Shown here: positions 13,791-25,719 of the stretch, one piece after another | How the letters are laid out: each line of letters opens with the position of its first letter | Numbering within the stretch: the stretch's first letter is position 1 | Origin: Camelus ferus | Taxonomy: Eukaryota | Direction of reading: 5' to 3' | DNA: 64,000 bases | NCBI RefSeq assembly: GCF_009834535.1 | Contig: NC_045696.1 | Location: 31,622,001-31,686,000, forward strand | Notes under the pieces: model-generated | Told to the model about the DNA's origin: nothing | Database searches by the model: none | The model's input: only the letters and a program-made list of their open reading frames with translations | Position numbers and translations under genes: made by a program

Positions 13791-14814
13791 TTTCTGTGCT
13801 GATTCTTTTTCCTTCAGTTCTCCTTTAGCGTTAACTTTTAAGCACGCTGATACTATTTTTTGTTGTTGTTGAAGACTATTTTGCTTTGCTTTGTTTTTGT
13901 GGGTCATTGGGTTTGGATGGGCCATTGATAGCTTCCAATATTAAGTTTAAGTGACTTTAAGTATTTTCTGTCACTGAAAACAAAAATCCAGTTGTTTTGA
14001 GAGAAAGGAAAAATAGTACTCAAAAATGTTAAATAAAACCATTAATTGATGATGATGATTCTGACTTAGGTGTTTTTTTCCTTTGAAATTATCCCTGTAG
14101 CACATGTATAGCCGGTACTGTTTTTTCTCATTTCCTTCAGTTCATTCCACGTTCAGAGCTATTGTTATGTGAAAATGTTCTGAAAATATTAGCTCAGGAC
14201 TAGAAAATAATTTTGTTATCAAGTAGTCTATCCCATGGTATACAGACTGCAAATAAATGAAAACTTTTACTAAAAAGAAAAGGCTAAGATTAAATATGAA
14301 TACATAAAATGCAATATTTTTCATATGTATTTCAAAATATAAATACAATGTATGCATCTGCACTTAACTTTATAGAGTATAAGTATACAATGTCTCACAT
14401 ATTTAATGATTAAATTTAGTTACTTCATTATTAGTTTTTTAATTCCCTTGATATTAACTTGTATAAGGTTAACAACTAACACGTTTCTACTAATTATTCA
14501 AAAAATGCCAATTAATTTATATCTTGTCATAATTGTATTTGTCTTCCTACTCTTATTTTTCCAACCCCTGGGCAATCTACATTTTTCAGTCATGATAAAA
14601 TTATAATAATATGATATTGTTATTTTATATGCTATCAGTTTAGTAGGGATATGCTTAAATCTGTTATTTCCTGATATACTACCATATTGGATTTTATATC
14701 TTAGAGTAATTCCCTTTTATACACCAGAAGAATTAATAATTTGTGAATTTTCTAATGGCCAACAACAACAAAAAAAACATTATCCCTCCCTTTAGAAATC
14801 TATTTTAAAATTGT

Positions 14815-15797
14815 TAAGGGTTAATTTTTGTGAGTAATATAAGAAAGCAGTGCAATTTAAATTTCATCATGTGATTATCCACTTTTCCCAGAAGCATTTA
14901 TTGAATACACTATCTTCTCCTCATTTCGTATTCTTAGTTCCCTTATCAAATATTAGTTCACCATATAACCAAGAGTTTATTTCTGGGCTCTTGATACTGT
15001 CCCATTGATATATGTCTCAATTTGTATGGCAGTATCGTACTGTTTGATCACTAAAACTTTATAGTGTAGTTTAAAATTAGATAGTATGATGCCCCCTGCT
15101 TTGTTCTTCTTTCTCAAGATTGCTTTGGTTACTCAGGGTCTTTTGTAGTTCCACACAAATTTTTTCTTCTACTTCTGTGAAAAATGTTACTGGAATTTTG
15201 ATAGGGATTGCAATAAGTGTCCAAATTCCACATTGGATCTTGATAGGGATTGTGCTCCATTTACAGATGGCTTTTGTTAGTAAGGATGTTTTAACAATAT
15301 TGACCCTTTCAATCCATGAACACAGACATCTTTACATTTAGTGTGTCTTCTTCAAGGTCTTTCATCAAGATCTTATAGTTTTTCATTGAAGATCTCTTTC
15401 AACTCCTTGGTTAAATTTATTCTTGTGTGTTTTATTGGTTTTGATGCTATTATAAATGAGATACTTTTAGTTATTTCCAAATATGTTTTTGTTAGTGTAT
15501 AGAAAGGCAACTGATTTTTGCATGTTGATTTTGTATCCTGGAAGTTTGCTGAATTCATTGATTAAATCTAATAATTTTTGGTGGAGTCTTCAAGGTTGTT
15601 TACATACAAGATCCGTGTCATCAGCAAGCAAAGAATTTCACTTCTTCCTTTCCAATTAGAATACTCTTTATTTATTTTTCTTACCTAATTTCTCTGGCAA
15701 AGAATTTGGGTACTGTGTGGAACAGCAATGGTGAGAGGGAGCACCCTTATCTTGCTCCTAATCTTAGAGAAAAAGCTTTCAAGATTTTACTGTTCAA
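14815..15797 (-). mobile_element. LINE-1 ORF2 fragment (RT C-terminal region), decayed
   Basis: Antisense L1 ORF2 hallmarks: gagtttatttctgggctct, tgctttgttcttctttctcaagattgctttgg, tccatgaaca, gttgattttgtatcctg, gcacccttatcttgctcctaatcttagagaaaaagctttc. Confidence 0.9.
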
Positions 15798-17011
15798 TAA
15801 ATTGAATGCCTTGACTTTTTCTGGGATTGCTTAGACATAGTTCTGGTTTTTCTTGAAAAACACCCGTGGCAAGGTAGGTAGTGCTACTAACACCAGCAGT
15901 AATTTTGGTACTGGTACAACCATTTTTTTAGCAAAAAATTAATCAGCCAGAAGATGATATTAACCCAGCAGGAATGACACAACCAATAAATTTGGGTGGT
16001 AATGATTGAGTACTACATCAAACTATAAATGAACTACATATTCCGCTATGATTTACACTTGTATATGCCAATAAACTTCTCTTTAATTTAAGCTAGTTTG
16101 AGTTGAATCACTTTCACCAAAAGTAATCTTAATATATAAGACTACAATTTATTTTGGCAAAATAGTTTTGAGGCCAGACTCTTCTACAATCAGAATGCCT
16201 AGAGAAGTTATTCTAAAATAAGCAACAAGAACATACTGAAGAATTATGAACAAAGTACTTATAAAATTGCAGTGGTGTGTAATCTAACAGCATTTTGCTA
16301 GTGGATTATACAGGAAATAGCCTAGGGACAAAAAGATAATTATCCATGTATAAAATTATGAGAGATTGCGATAAGGTGATGGTTGGAAAGAAAGGAATTA
16401 ATACGAGATACAATTTGAAAATGTCATAGGAAATATATATTGAGGTTATATTAAGACTAAAATTGTATAAATTAAATATTTGGGTTATTTTTTTGTCTTG
16501 GGGGGCTTGGCAGTGAGGAGTCCATTCTCATGTTTACAGGGGATGAAAGGGGTGGAGGGGGTCTGTGAATTTGAGAATCACACTCAGGTGACCATCTGCA
16601 GGGAGCCTTCTGCTACCAGCCCCTCCTCAGACTGCTCTGTCTCCACTGGAGCACAGAGCAGTGTTAGGAGGTGGAGACAGAGCAGGGCCACCCACTGTCC
16701 TCTCTGAGTCTGGCTGAAGCTGCAGGTAATTTTTAACGTTAACAGAATGAAGTCCCACCCCTGCACCCCTGAGCCTGCCTGGTCTTCTCCTAGGGCCACA
16801 GGGAAGACTGTTAGCTTCTCCCAACCCCTGGTCAGACTTGACTTCATCCCAGACCCCTGCTTAGGAAGGACACATTGTCAGCATTCTACCTTTGTCAATT
16901 TGTTGGAACCTTTTCTTAAAAGAAAAAAAAAATGCCTTTTTCCTTTAAAAAAAGTCCTATGTTCTTTGATTTTGACCAATTTAGAAATTTAACATGTTTT
17001 ATTTAAGCACA

Positions 17012-17530
17012 TTTTTTCTTACTTTCCCAGCTTTATTGAGATATAATTGACATATAATGTTTAAGGTTAAGGTGCATAACATGTTGATTTGATAGACATA
17101 TATTGCAAAATGATTACCATAGCAGTTAGTTAATTCCACCACCATCTTACATAATCATCATTTCTTTTTGTGGTGAGAATATTTAAGATCTACTCAGCAA
17201 CTTTCAAGTATTTAATACAGTGTTGTTTACTATAACCACCATGCTGTATATTAGATCCTCAGAACTTACTCATTCTAAAAATGGGAAGTTTGTATCCTTT
17301 GACCACCTTCTCTCCATTTCTACCATCGTCAGCCCCTGGCAACTTCCACTTTACTGTCCATTTCTATGAGTTCAGCTTTTTCAGAATTTGCATTTAGGTG
17401 AGATCATACAAGTGTTTGTCTTTCTCTGTCCGACTTACTTCACTTAGCCTAATGCCCACAAATTTCATCTATGTTGTCACAAATGCAGGATTTTCTTCTT
17501 ACTCATGACTGAGTATTATTCCAATGTGTA
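17012..17530 (-). mobile_element. LINE-1 3' end (L1MA8/9-like)
   Basis: cccagctttattgagatataattgaca...gtggtgagaatatttaagatctactc...accaccatgctgtatattagatcctcagaactta...ttcacttagcctaatg. Confidence 0.9.
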
Positions 17531-18659
17531 ATCCTGAAACCATATATATATTGTACATGCCCTTGCCAAAAACCAGTTTATCAGTTAGATGAATTTGCTG
17601 TTTCAATGTGTGCTAATGCTGAAGGCTCTCATTATTGCATTTTAATAATTAATCTCTATTTTTCTAGCTAGATATGTTACTGGAAATTCTACTCAGAGGA
17701 ATACAGACATTACCAAAGGTAGATACTGTCTGATACTTTCTCAAATATGACTATATGTTAGATGCATGGTAAAAGGTGGGAAATCAAGAGCAAGCACAGG
17801 TATTGTATTGCAATGAGTAGATCATTTTGAAAAACCTTTATAATCACATAATTTGAATGCTGCTTTATACCACAGAGCATGAGAAACCTCCATTCACCTT
17901 TTTTCCCTTTTTATTTATTTTGTTTCTTTTTTGGTTGTTGTTTTGGGAAGTGATGGTTTCCATCTTCCCACTTCTTTTAGATAATGAAAAGATGAAGGAC
18001 AGCTCTCTAGTGGTCTCTTGTTTGATGACATTGGAAATAAAAAAGTCAGATGGAAAGAAAGAAGCACTGAGATGAAGACAAAAATAGTACATACAAAAAT
18101 GCCTAGGGACAGGGAAAACTAATACTTCTTCAGACTCTGAAATCAAAATGAAAAATTGAAGTCACATATAATTGAAACAGTGGGGTTGCAAAAGTTTATG
18201 AAGTATATTTTATTGTATTAATGTATGTCATATAGCACTCAATTATAATGTGTTTATAATGAAGTAGAACATCTTTATGGAAAGAAGATGAAAGTGAACC
18301 TAGGCTTACATAATTTTTAATATGTCCACCTTTAAGGGATAAAATCATCTCTAAATAATAATAATAATAAATTATTAAATGTTTATATATAAAGAATAAA
18401 TATTAATATATTAATTGCTAGATTATTGATCTTTATAAATATAATTTAAATTATGAATAATAAATGATTAAGTAAATAAAAATAAAACACTATGATGAAA
18501 TGAGTCAACAATATATACAACAGATGAGCAAAAGATCTGCACAGTAACATATTATATAGTAGATACTGAGAAGATAGAATGATTAAACCTGAGAAATGGT
18601 AAAGGTATTGATCAAAAGGATAAACTGTTGATTAAAACATCACAGCCCTATTAGTGGCA

Positions 18660-18790
18660 GAAAGCTCTGCTTTGAGTGCTTGGAGACTTATACACTTGGA
18701 TTCTTCCACGCACTGGCCATAGGGCTTTAGACGAGTAATGTAAAACTAGAGAGCTGTTTCCTCACTTCCAACATGAAATGATTAAATGAT
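18660..18790 (+). mobile_element. Degenerate MIR fragment
   Basis: ctgtttcctcacttccaacatgaaatgatt, with an upstream weak match to the MIR core. Confidence 0.4.
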
Positions 18791-18824
18791 ATGACTATTT
18801 AGATCAATTTAACAATGATGATGG

Positions 18825-18882
18825 ATCTATCTATCTATCTATCCATCCATCCATCATTTTATCCATCCTCCTACCTACCTAA
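18825..18882. repeat. (ATCT)n/(ATCC)n compound tetranucleotide repeat
   Basis: atctatctatctatctatccatccatccatc...ctacctacct. Confidence 0.85.
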
Positions 18883-18960
18883 CTACATCTTTTTTTTCTA
18901 AATATCTATCCATATACCTGTAATCCTGACCCTAAATATGCCTGTATATCCAGGCTGAGT

Positions 18961-19375
18961 ATCACAAGCAGGCTTCCCCAGAAAGCTAAGGCTGACATAG
19001 AGTTTAGTGTTCTTGGAGTCAATATTCATTGGGAGAAGGGAATATAGCAAGATTGAGCAGAAAGTAGGATTTGTGGCACAGATACAAGATATCAGAGGAC
19101 CCCTCAGGGAGTGCCAAAGCTAACGTGGCTTTTCAAAGTATTTCTAACTTTGAGCAAGGGAGCCAGGACTGTATACCCTGTATCTAGAAGTCAATGAACA
19201 CAGATTGCCAGGATAGAGGGGCAGAGGACATGACTTTAGGAAAAGTAGTCTCCAGCTGAGGCAATTTGAAGACAACTGATAGCTGAAGATTGTCAGACAA
19301 GAATCTTCCCCACAGTTTGGATAAGTTCTTCAGACCTGAAGCAGGGATCTGAAGGTGCAGCAGTGTCATGACACA
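18961..19375 (-). mobile_element. LTR16-family ERVL solo LTR
   Basis: Reverse complement reads ..ctgctgcaccttcagatccctgcttcagg..gctatcagttgtcttcaaattgcctcagct..ctttctggggaagcctgcttgtgat, which fits LTR16 architecture. Confidence 0.7.
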
Positions 19376-19629
19376 GGTAATGTTCGAGGTATTCCAACTT
19401 TGCAAAGAGATCCATCTATCTCATTGAATATTCAGAGCATGAGTGGCAATAACTAGGGTGTTCAAAGCCATTTTAACAAAATAACCAGCTCCATCAGTGA
19501 GGTATAATGTAACAAGTTAATTTCCATTTTAAGTTTGGTTACGGTATAAATTCCTCAGAACTTATAAAGTTTATGAGTCAGAAGTCTCCAGTGTCCTTCT
19601 AGAGGGATTCCTCTATTCCTTTGAGGAAA

Positions 19630-20325
19630 TAGTTTTCACAGACGCAACACATCTTTTCATTAAAAAAAATAATTTTAATGCCTTTTTTATTACTCTGAAA
19701 TGAAATTCATAGATAACGTAGCCTATCTGTAAATATAATTTCAAAAGATCAATATAATACTATATAAGGAGAAAGAGAAAAGTCATTTATAATAAAACAG
19801 CATGCATTTCAATATGTAAATACTCAGGAATGACAAAATTAGAAGAACTGGTGTAGTCAGCTACATGTACTATAAATTGACTGCTACTAATACAGCCTTA
19901 TATTTTCCTGCATTAGGAAAATCAAATACCACTAGAGGGGTTAATATTGATGGTCTAGGACCTAAAACTGAGGACAGCTCTCACTTCCTGAACAAAACAA
20001 ATTAAAATCTTATTTCTATTCAACTAGTATTTGCATTTCCCAGAAATTTATTGTATCCTAAAACTGGAAAAAAGAAGCGTTTATATGTAAAGAAAGTTAT
20101 TCTAGGTTCAGTTCATTATAAATATGTTTTTATCTCTATGATTGTTATTAGGACACTAAAATCACATATTAAACAAAGAACAATTCTTGTGTGAGAATGA
20201 TTGCAGACTGCATTCTTTGTCAGCACATTAAATACCAGTAATCCTCAATCACAATGATAAACAAAAGTGCTTCCTATACTTGTTTAATGCCTCTAAGGGC
20301 CAATACCCCTCGGTCAAGCATTACA
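19630..20325. mobile_element. hAT-Charlie-type DNA transposon remnant (MER20B-like)
   Basis: Right end aatgcctctaagggccaatacccctcggtcaagcattac resembles the MER20/Charlie terminus. Interior is very degenerate. Confidence 0.45.
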
Positions 20326-20539
20326 CCAGAATGTTCAGCCATAAAGAGCATGGAGAAATTGCTAAGCACTGATTTTATTTCTCGTGTTCATATATGAAAA
20401 GGGCTGGGCACACTTACTCTGAACTACTTTGTTAAAAAGTTTACAGAGAAGCCTCTCTTCTGATTTTGTTCTCATTTGACATGAGATAAAGGCAGTCAAA
20501 TTGCTTGAGCTTCTTGTGATGACATGGGTGCTGCTGAAA

Positions 20540-20740
20540 TATACTGGGGACCTACGTTTAAATCCGTACTTTTCTGCTTAGAACTTTATGCTTATTAGCA
20601 ATTAAACTATTCCGAGTGTCAATTCTCCTATCGTTTAATTTAAAATGCTACTGGAATCCACGGTTGCTGCGAGAATTAAAAGAAATAATGTGTAGAAAAT
20701 CCAGTAATTAGCATAGATTATGAGCAGCACATATTTACTG
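20540..20740 (+). mobile_element. MIR fragment
   Basis: gacctacgtttaaatcc...gttgctgcgagaattaaaagaaataatgtgtagaaa matches the MIR 3' half. Confidence 0.55.
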
Positions 20741-20915
20741 ATGCTGGAATATTAGGCTACAACATACAGGAAATAACAATTGATAAATACAGATAGAGAA
20801 GTACCTAAATAGAAAATGTGGAGTGAGAGAGAGAATTGGATTTGAATATTGCTGTGTGACAGTATCTAATTATGTCCCCTCACCTTAACTCTGGCATATT
20901 GCCATACCTCATAGG

Positions 20916-21047
20916 TAAGGAGACCACTCATTGTATCAGCTAAAATGGAATTCTGTGGGGAAAAAGGAGATGCTATTAATAATTACACTAGAAAAACAGA
21001 CATAAACTAAGAGGGCACTATGTAAATTAGGAGCCATAGACACCATA
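20916..21047. mobile_element. MER94-like hAT-Blackjack MITE
   Basis: gaaaaaggagatgctattaataattacactagaaaaacagacataaac matches the remembered MER94 core. Same family as 29777-29908. Confidence 0.6.
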
Positions 21048-21394
21048 ATCAAAAGTCTTACAATGTGACGCCATTGGTGGGCATTGTTAAAGCAATCTTG
21101 ACATATTTGACATTCTTCTTACATTTTATGTCATGATACATCATTTTGATCCAAAATTGGTAACTTGGAAATTTAAAGTCCTTAACACTTTACTGCTTTT
21201 ACTAAATGTAGGCATATTTTGCTGTTCACCTTTGTATATATGACATATTAACTTCAAAATTTTAATTAGCTACTATATTTAATATTTTAGACTCAAGCAT
21301 TAGGTAAATATTTCAGTTCATTCATTATTTTTCCAAATAACACACTGTAAATAATAGTGCTGTTTTTATAGAGATTAAGGTCATATTTTGTGAT

Positions 21395-21680
21395 CAAAGA
21401 ACTGTAAGCTTTGAGTCATATTGACTTAAGTTAGTATCACTGCCCCTCTATTTTTTAATAGCTGTACAACCTTGATCAAATTGTTTATCCTCAACTAAAT
21501 TGAGTTTCTTCCTCTGGAAAATGGGGATTATAACATATACCTTGTAAGTTTGTTTAAAAGAAGGTTAAGTTATTTGTCTATAGACAATTCCTTTAAACAT
21601 GCAATGCCTTCATTGTTTTTATTTTAAACTATTAAATGAGCTAAAGTTTGTAAAATAATTGTCTTATAGATTTGATGGAA
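21395..21680 (+). mobile_element. MIR SINE
   Basis: gctttgagtca...agctgtacaaccttgatcaaattgtttatcctc...agtttcttcctctggaaaatgggg. Confidence 0.7.
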
Positions 21681-21699
21681 TCTTTTCAAGCTACACATA

Positions 21700-22790
21700 T
21701 GTGCTGAATCATTATACTTTCTCCCATGAATTCAACTACTGTTTCTATGCCAATAGCTCAAAATTTTTATCTTCAGCAAATGTTCCCTACTACTAAATTC
21801 AAGGGCCATAAATACAACTCCAAACTCCACAGTTCTTCTAGATATTGTATCCTAAAACTGGATTTCAAAACATCCAAAGTTGAACTCACCACCTCCTTCT
21901 CAACACTACTTTTACCTTACTTTGTAAAGCTCACTAAATGGCATAATTACTTTCTTTGTTTTGCCCAAACAAGAAAACTGAAGAGATTCTTCATTTTTCC
22001 TCACTTTATTGCTCTACATTTAGTTGGTAAATGAAGCTGGCTAATTTATATTTCTACAATAGAGAAATATTTCCTTCTTTCCATCCCTCTTACTAACCAC
22101 CTCTCATCATTTTTCTTATGATATTTTTTCCTGTGTTCCAGACTCATAAGTGACCACACTATTTCCAATCATACCTTCTTAATTTCTTTGTCGTCCTTGT
22201 GGTTGGAATAATCCTCCAAATGCCACCCTCTCTCCCTTGATTTCTTAACCATATACCTTCAACAAAACGTTCAGATTTCTTTCCATGGCATACAGAGTCT
22301 ATATCTGATTTGGTCTCCACTGTCATAATTTGTTGTTCCCAACTCCTACATTTTGCTGTCTACTCTGAATAAGTCCCATCATGAAATGTCTACTTTAATA
22401 CCATAGAAAATGGGTAGTCTCCTAATTCTTTGGCCCCACATCTTCTTTAATTTATTTCCTCAAAACTTAACTGCTGACTTACCTCCTCAGTAGGTTTCCA
22501 GAAAAAATATAGAATGCCCAGTGAAATTTGTATTTTAGATACACAAAAATATTTCAGTATAAGCATGTCCCATGTAATATTTGCAACACATTTATACTGA
22601 AATACTATTCATCTTGTATTTTATTTGTTAAATCTGGCAAGCCTTCTCCACAGGGAAGTCTTTCCCAAGAGCTCTTCTAGATTAGTTGCCATGTTCATGC
22701 ATTGAAAAGCACATCTACCTCATCACATATTTGACTGTGTTGAATGTATTTAAATGCCTCTACCTGTCAATAAACTGTCTAAAGGAAGCA
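21700..22790 (+). mobile_element. L2 fragments (interrupted by MER53)
   Basis: ttcaactactgtttctatgccaatagctcaaaatttttatcttcagc...catccaaagttgaactcacc... resembles the L2 ORF2 3' region. Explains ORF 21726..22034. Confidence 0.55.
22491..22644. mobile_element. MER53 palindromic hAT MITE
   Basis: taggtttccaga...atgcccagtgaaatttgtattttagata...agtataagcatgtcccatgtaatatttgc...tgtattttatttgttaaatctggcaagcct. Confidence 0.85.
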
Positions 22791-23911
22791 CCTTAAATTG
22801 TGAAATTCCTGTGGGTCTATTTCAAAATTTCCTATTGATGAGGAAAGTTGCATCTGGTAAAGCTGGACTGAATTATAAATATAACTTTACTGTTCTATAT
22901 TGGTAACTATTCCCTCACGGTTTATATTTTAATCAATTTGACATTGCATAGCCTTTTTTATTTTTCTTGTAAGGGCACTGAAACTACAAAACTTAAAATT
23001 AAGGATTACTTCTTTTTTAGAAACTTCTTCAATGCTTATAAAGAGATTATAAATGATTTTTCTGGAGCCTATTTTCATGTCTCTGGGACACAAATACAAA
23101 TGTCAAAAATATAATCAATTTATGTACAAATGACTACTCTCATTAATGCTACTAACAATGCTTTATTGATGTGAATAAAATATTATGGGTAAATATGATT
23201 AAATGAAGGACTTGGGTTTATGAATACTTGTAGACATAACAAAATGTGGTTTTAGAAATATTTATAGGTAACAGCTTTAAGCTAGCACGGTTGGATATTT
23301 TGCCACCAAATACTGTTTAACTTGATTGATTGGGGGTGGTTGTAGCCTTAGAGTAACTACAAAATAATTCATAGCGGAAAACTTTTGAAAATTGATGGTA
23401 AAGGATGCCATTAAGAAATCTTATACCAATGGAAGATTGACTGTATGCTCAGCCCTTTGTTACAGTATATCACTGATGAATGTACATGCCTCTGTTTTAC
23501 CTCTATTTTTTTTCTTTAACAGGTTAAAATTTATAAAAAATCATACTTTTATAGTACTACAAACACAATATACATAATATTGTGGGTGTGTGTATATCTA
23601 TATGTAGTTATAGAAAGTGCTTTAAAGTCAATGGTTTTAAATAAAATTTTAAATTATTTTAAATATTTATAATATGTATTTAAATTTTTACTTAATTGAT
23701 TCTTAGCATATTTGTAACAATTTCAAAATAAATAGATATCTCTAGTTGACTTCAGTACAATAAAAAAGATTTACATCCTTAGAAAGGAGAATACTATAAG
23801 AGTTAATACTAATATGTATGAATGGCATTTTATGTTTTCTATTTAGTAGTCTCTTTGAACTCTGTAACACTTAAATTCTGTAACAACAAATCATTTCAAT
23901 CTTGGCATAAT

Positions 23912-24971
23912 AGAATTTTAGATAAAATAACAAGGTCAGCTATATTTTTAAGTGTACTGCTTGATAACTTTTGATAAATGGGGTAATCCACACCCCAATT
24001 AAGGTGTTGAATATTTCAGTTAGGCCCAACGCTTTCCACAAGTCCCTTGCCAATTAATTTCTGCCTCCTTGAAGACAACTGCTGTTCTGATTTCTATCAC
24101 TATACTTTGCCTGCTCAAAAGTATAAATGAATGGAAAACTACAACATTTACCATTTTGCGTCTTCCTTTCACTCAGTAGTGTTCTGGCATTTCATTCTTG
24201 TCATATGCTAGTAATTTGTTCAATTTATTGATGAATGTATTTCAATGAATTTGTTTATCCATTCTCCAAACAATGGACATTTGGTCATTTCTGATTCGTT
24301 ACTGCTATAGATGTAGCTGCTATGAACATTCCATGCACATGTATTTTTGTGGACATGTTTTCATTTATATTGGATCAATACCTAGGAGTGAAATTATTAC
24401 ATCATAGGGAAGACGCTATATTACAATTTTACAATGTTATTTAACTATTACTTATTCCTAACAGCAACATATGAGAGTTTCATTTGCTTCTCATTCTCAC
24501 CAGTACTTTGTTGTCAGTGTTTTTTGTGCTTTTAAATGTTATGTCCCTGATGACTATAATGTTGAAAAAATTAATGTGTTTATTCGCTTTTCCTTTGTAA
24601 ACTGTACATTTCAAATGTTTATCCATATTTTAAAAATTTTCATATTTTTGTTATTGAGTTACAGATTTTCTTTATACATTCTGGATAAAAAAATTATTTG
24701 TCATGAATGGCTTTTCCAAGTGTTGCTTCATTAATCATCTTTAAAATCGTCTCTTGAAGAAAAAAGTTTTAAATTTTTATGAAATTCATTATACATTTTT
24801 TTCTTCTAAGAAGGGTGATTTTTGCTCCAGTCCAAAATATCTTTGCCACCCAAACAAAGGTCAAGATATTGTTAAGCTTTCTTCTAGGAGTTATGGAGTT
24901 TAATTTTCATGTTTATGGCTATGATCTATCTCCAATTAAGTTTTGTGTTTGAAATGAGATACTGGTAAATA

Positions 24972-25002
<31 letters not shown>

Positions 25003-25700
25003 TTGCTTATCCAGTAATTTTAGCTCCACTTTTGAAGACATTTTCCTTTTATCCATTGGATTGCTCTGAACATTTATTGAAAATCAATTACATATGTTTA
25101 GCTGTAGACTCTGTACTGTTCCATCACTTTTTTTCTCTTCTCATGTCAATGTCACACTGTCTCGATTACTAGTACTTTTACAGTAATTCTTAAAATCAGG
25201 TATTATAAATCCTGAAATTCCTTCTTTTTTAAAATAATTTTGGCTATACTAGGTCCTTTGTATTTACAAGTAAATTCTATCATTTGCTTGTCCTTGTGTA
25301 CAAAATGCTTGTTGGGACTCCGACTACTATTGCATTAAATCAAAAGATTAATAAGGAAAGAATTATCTTTTTAGCAACATTTTGTCTTCCAATTATCATG
25401 TTATATCTTTCAACTTATTTACATCATTCACATATTTTTGCAAAACAGTTGTTTTGTTTTCAGTACAGAAATTTTGTGTATCTTTTGTTGAGTTTATCCT
25501 TATTTTAAAATTATTTTTATACTAGTGAAAATTATTTTTAATTGTTTTCAAAGTTTTTATTGCTAATGTATAGAAATACAATTTGCATATTAATGTCACA
25601 TATTAATGTCATATATTATGACATTGTCAAATTCTGGTACTAAGATATTTTATTTTCATGTTTTTGTAAAGTCCTCAGAAATTATACATACACAATGGAA
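23912..25700 (-). mobile_element. Old LINE-1 (L1ME/L1MC-like) 3' UTR plus ORF2 end
   Basis: Antisense L1 motifs: gctgctatgaacattc, aatacctaggagtgaaatt, tttatacattctggata, ttggctatactaggtcctttg. Confidence 0.85.
24972..24998. repeat. (TG)n microsatellite
   Basis: About 13 TG units inside the L1. Confidence 0.95.
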
Positions 25701-25719
25701 AAACAATGGAGTTTTAAAA

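Noticed and set aside
16433..17553. atatatattg on both sides of the GC insert plus L1 as a TSD
   Set aside because: Low-complexity AT motif, not adjacent to a poly(T) tail; likely chance.
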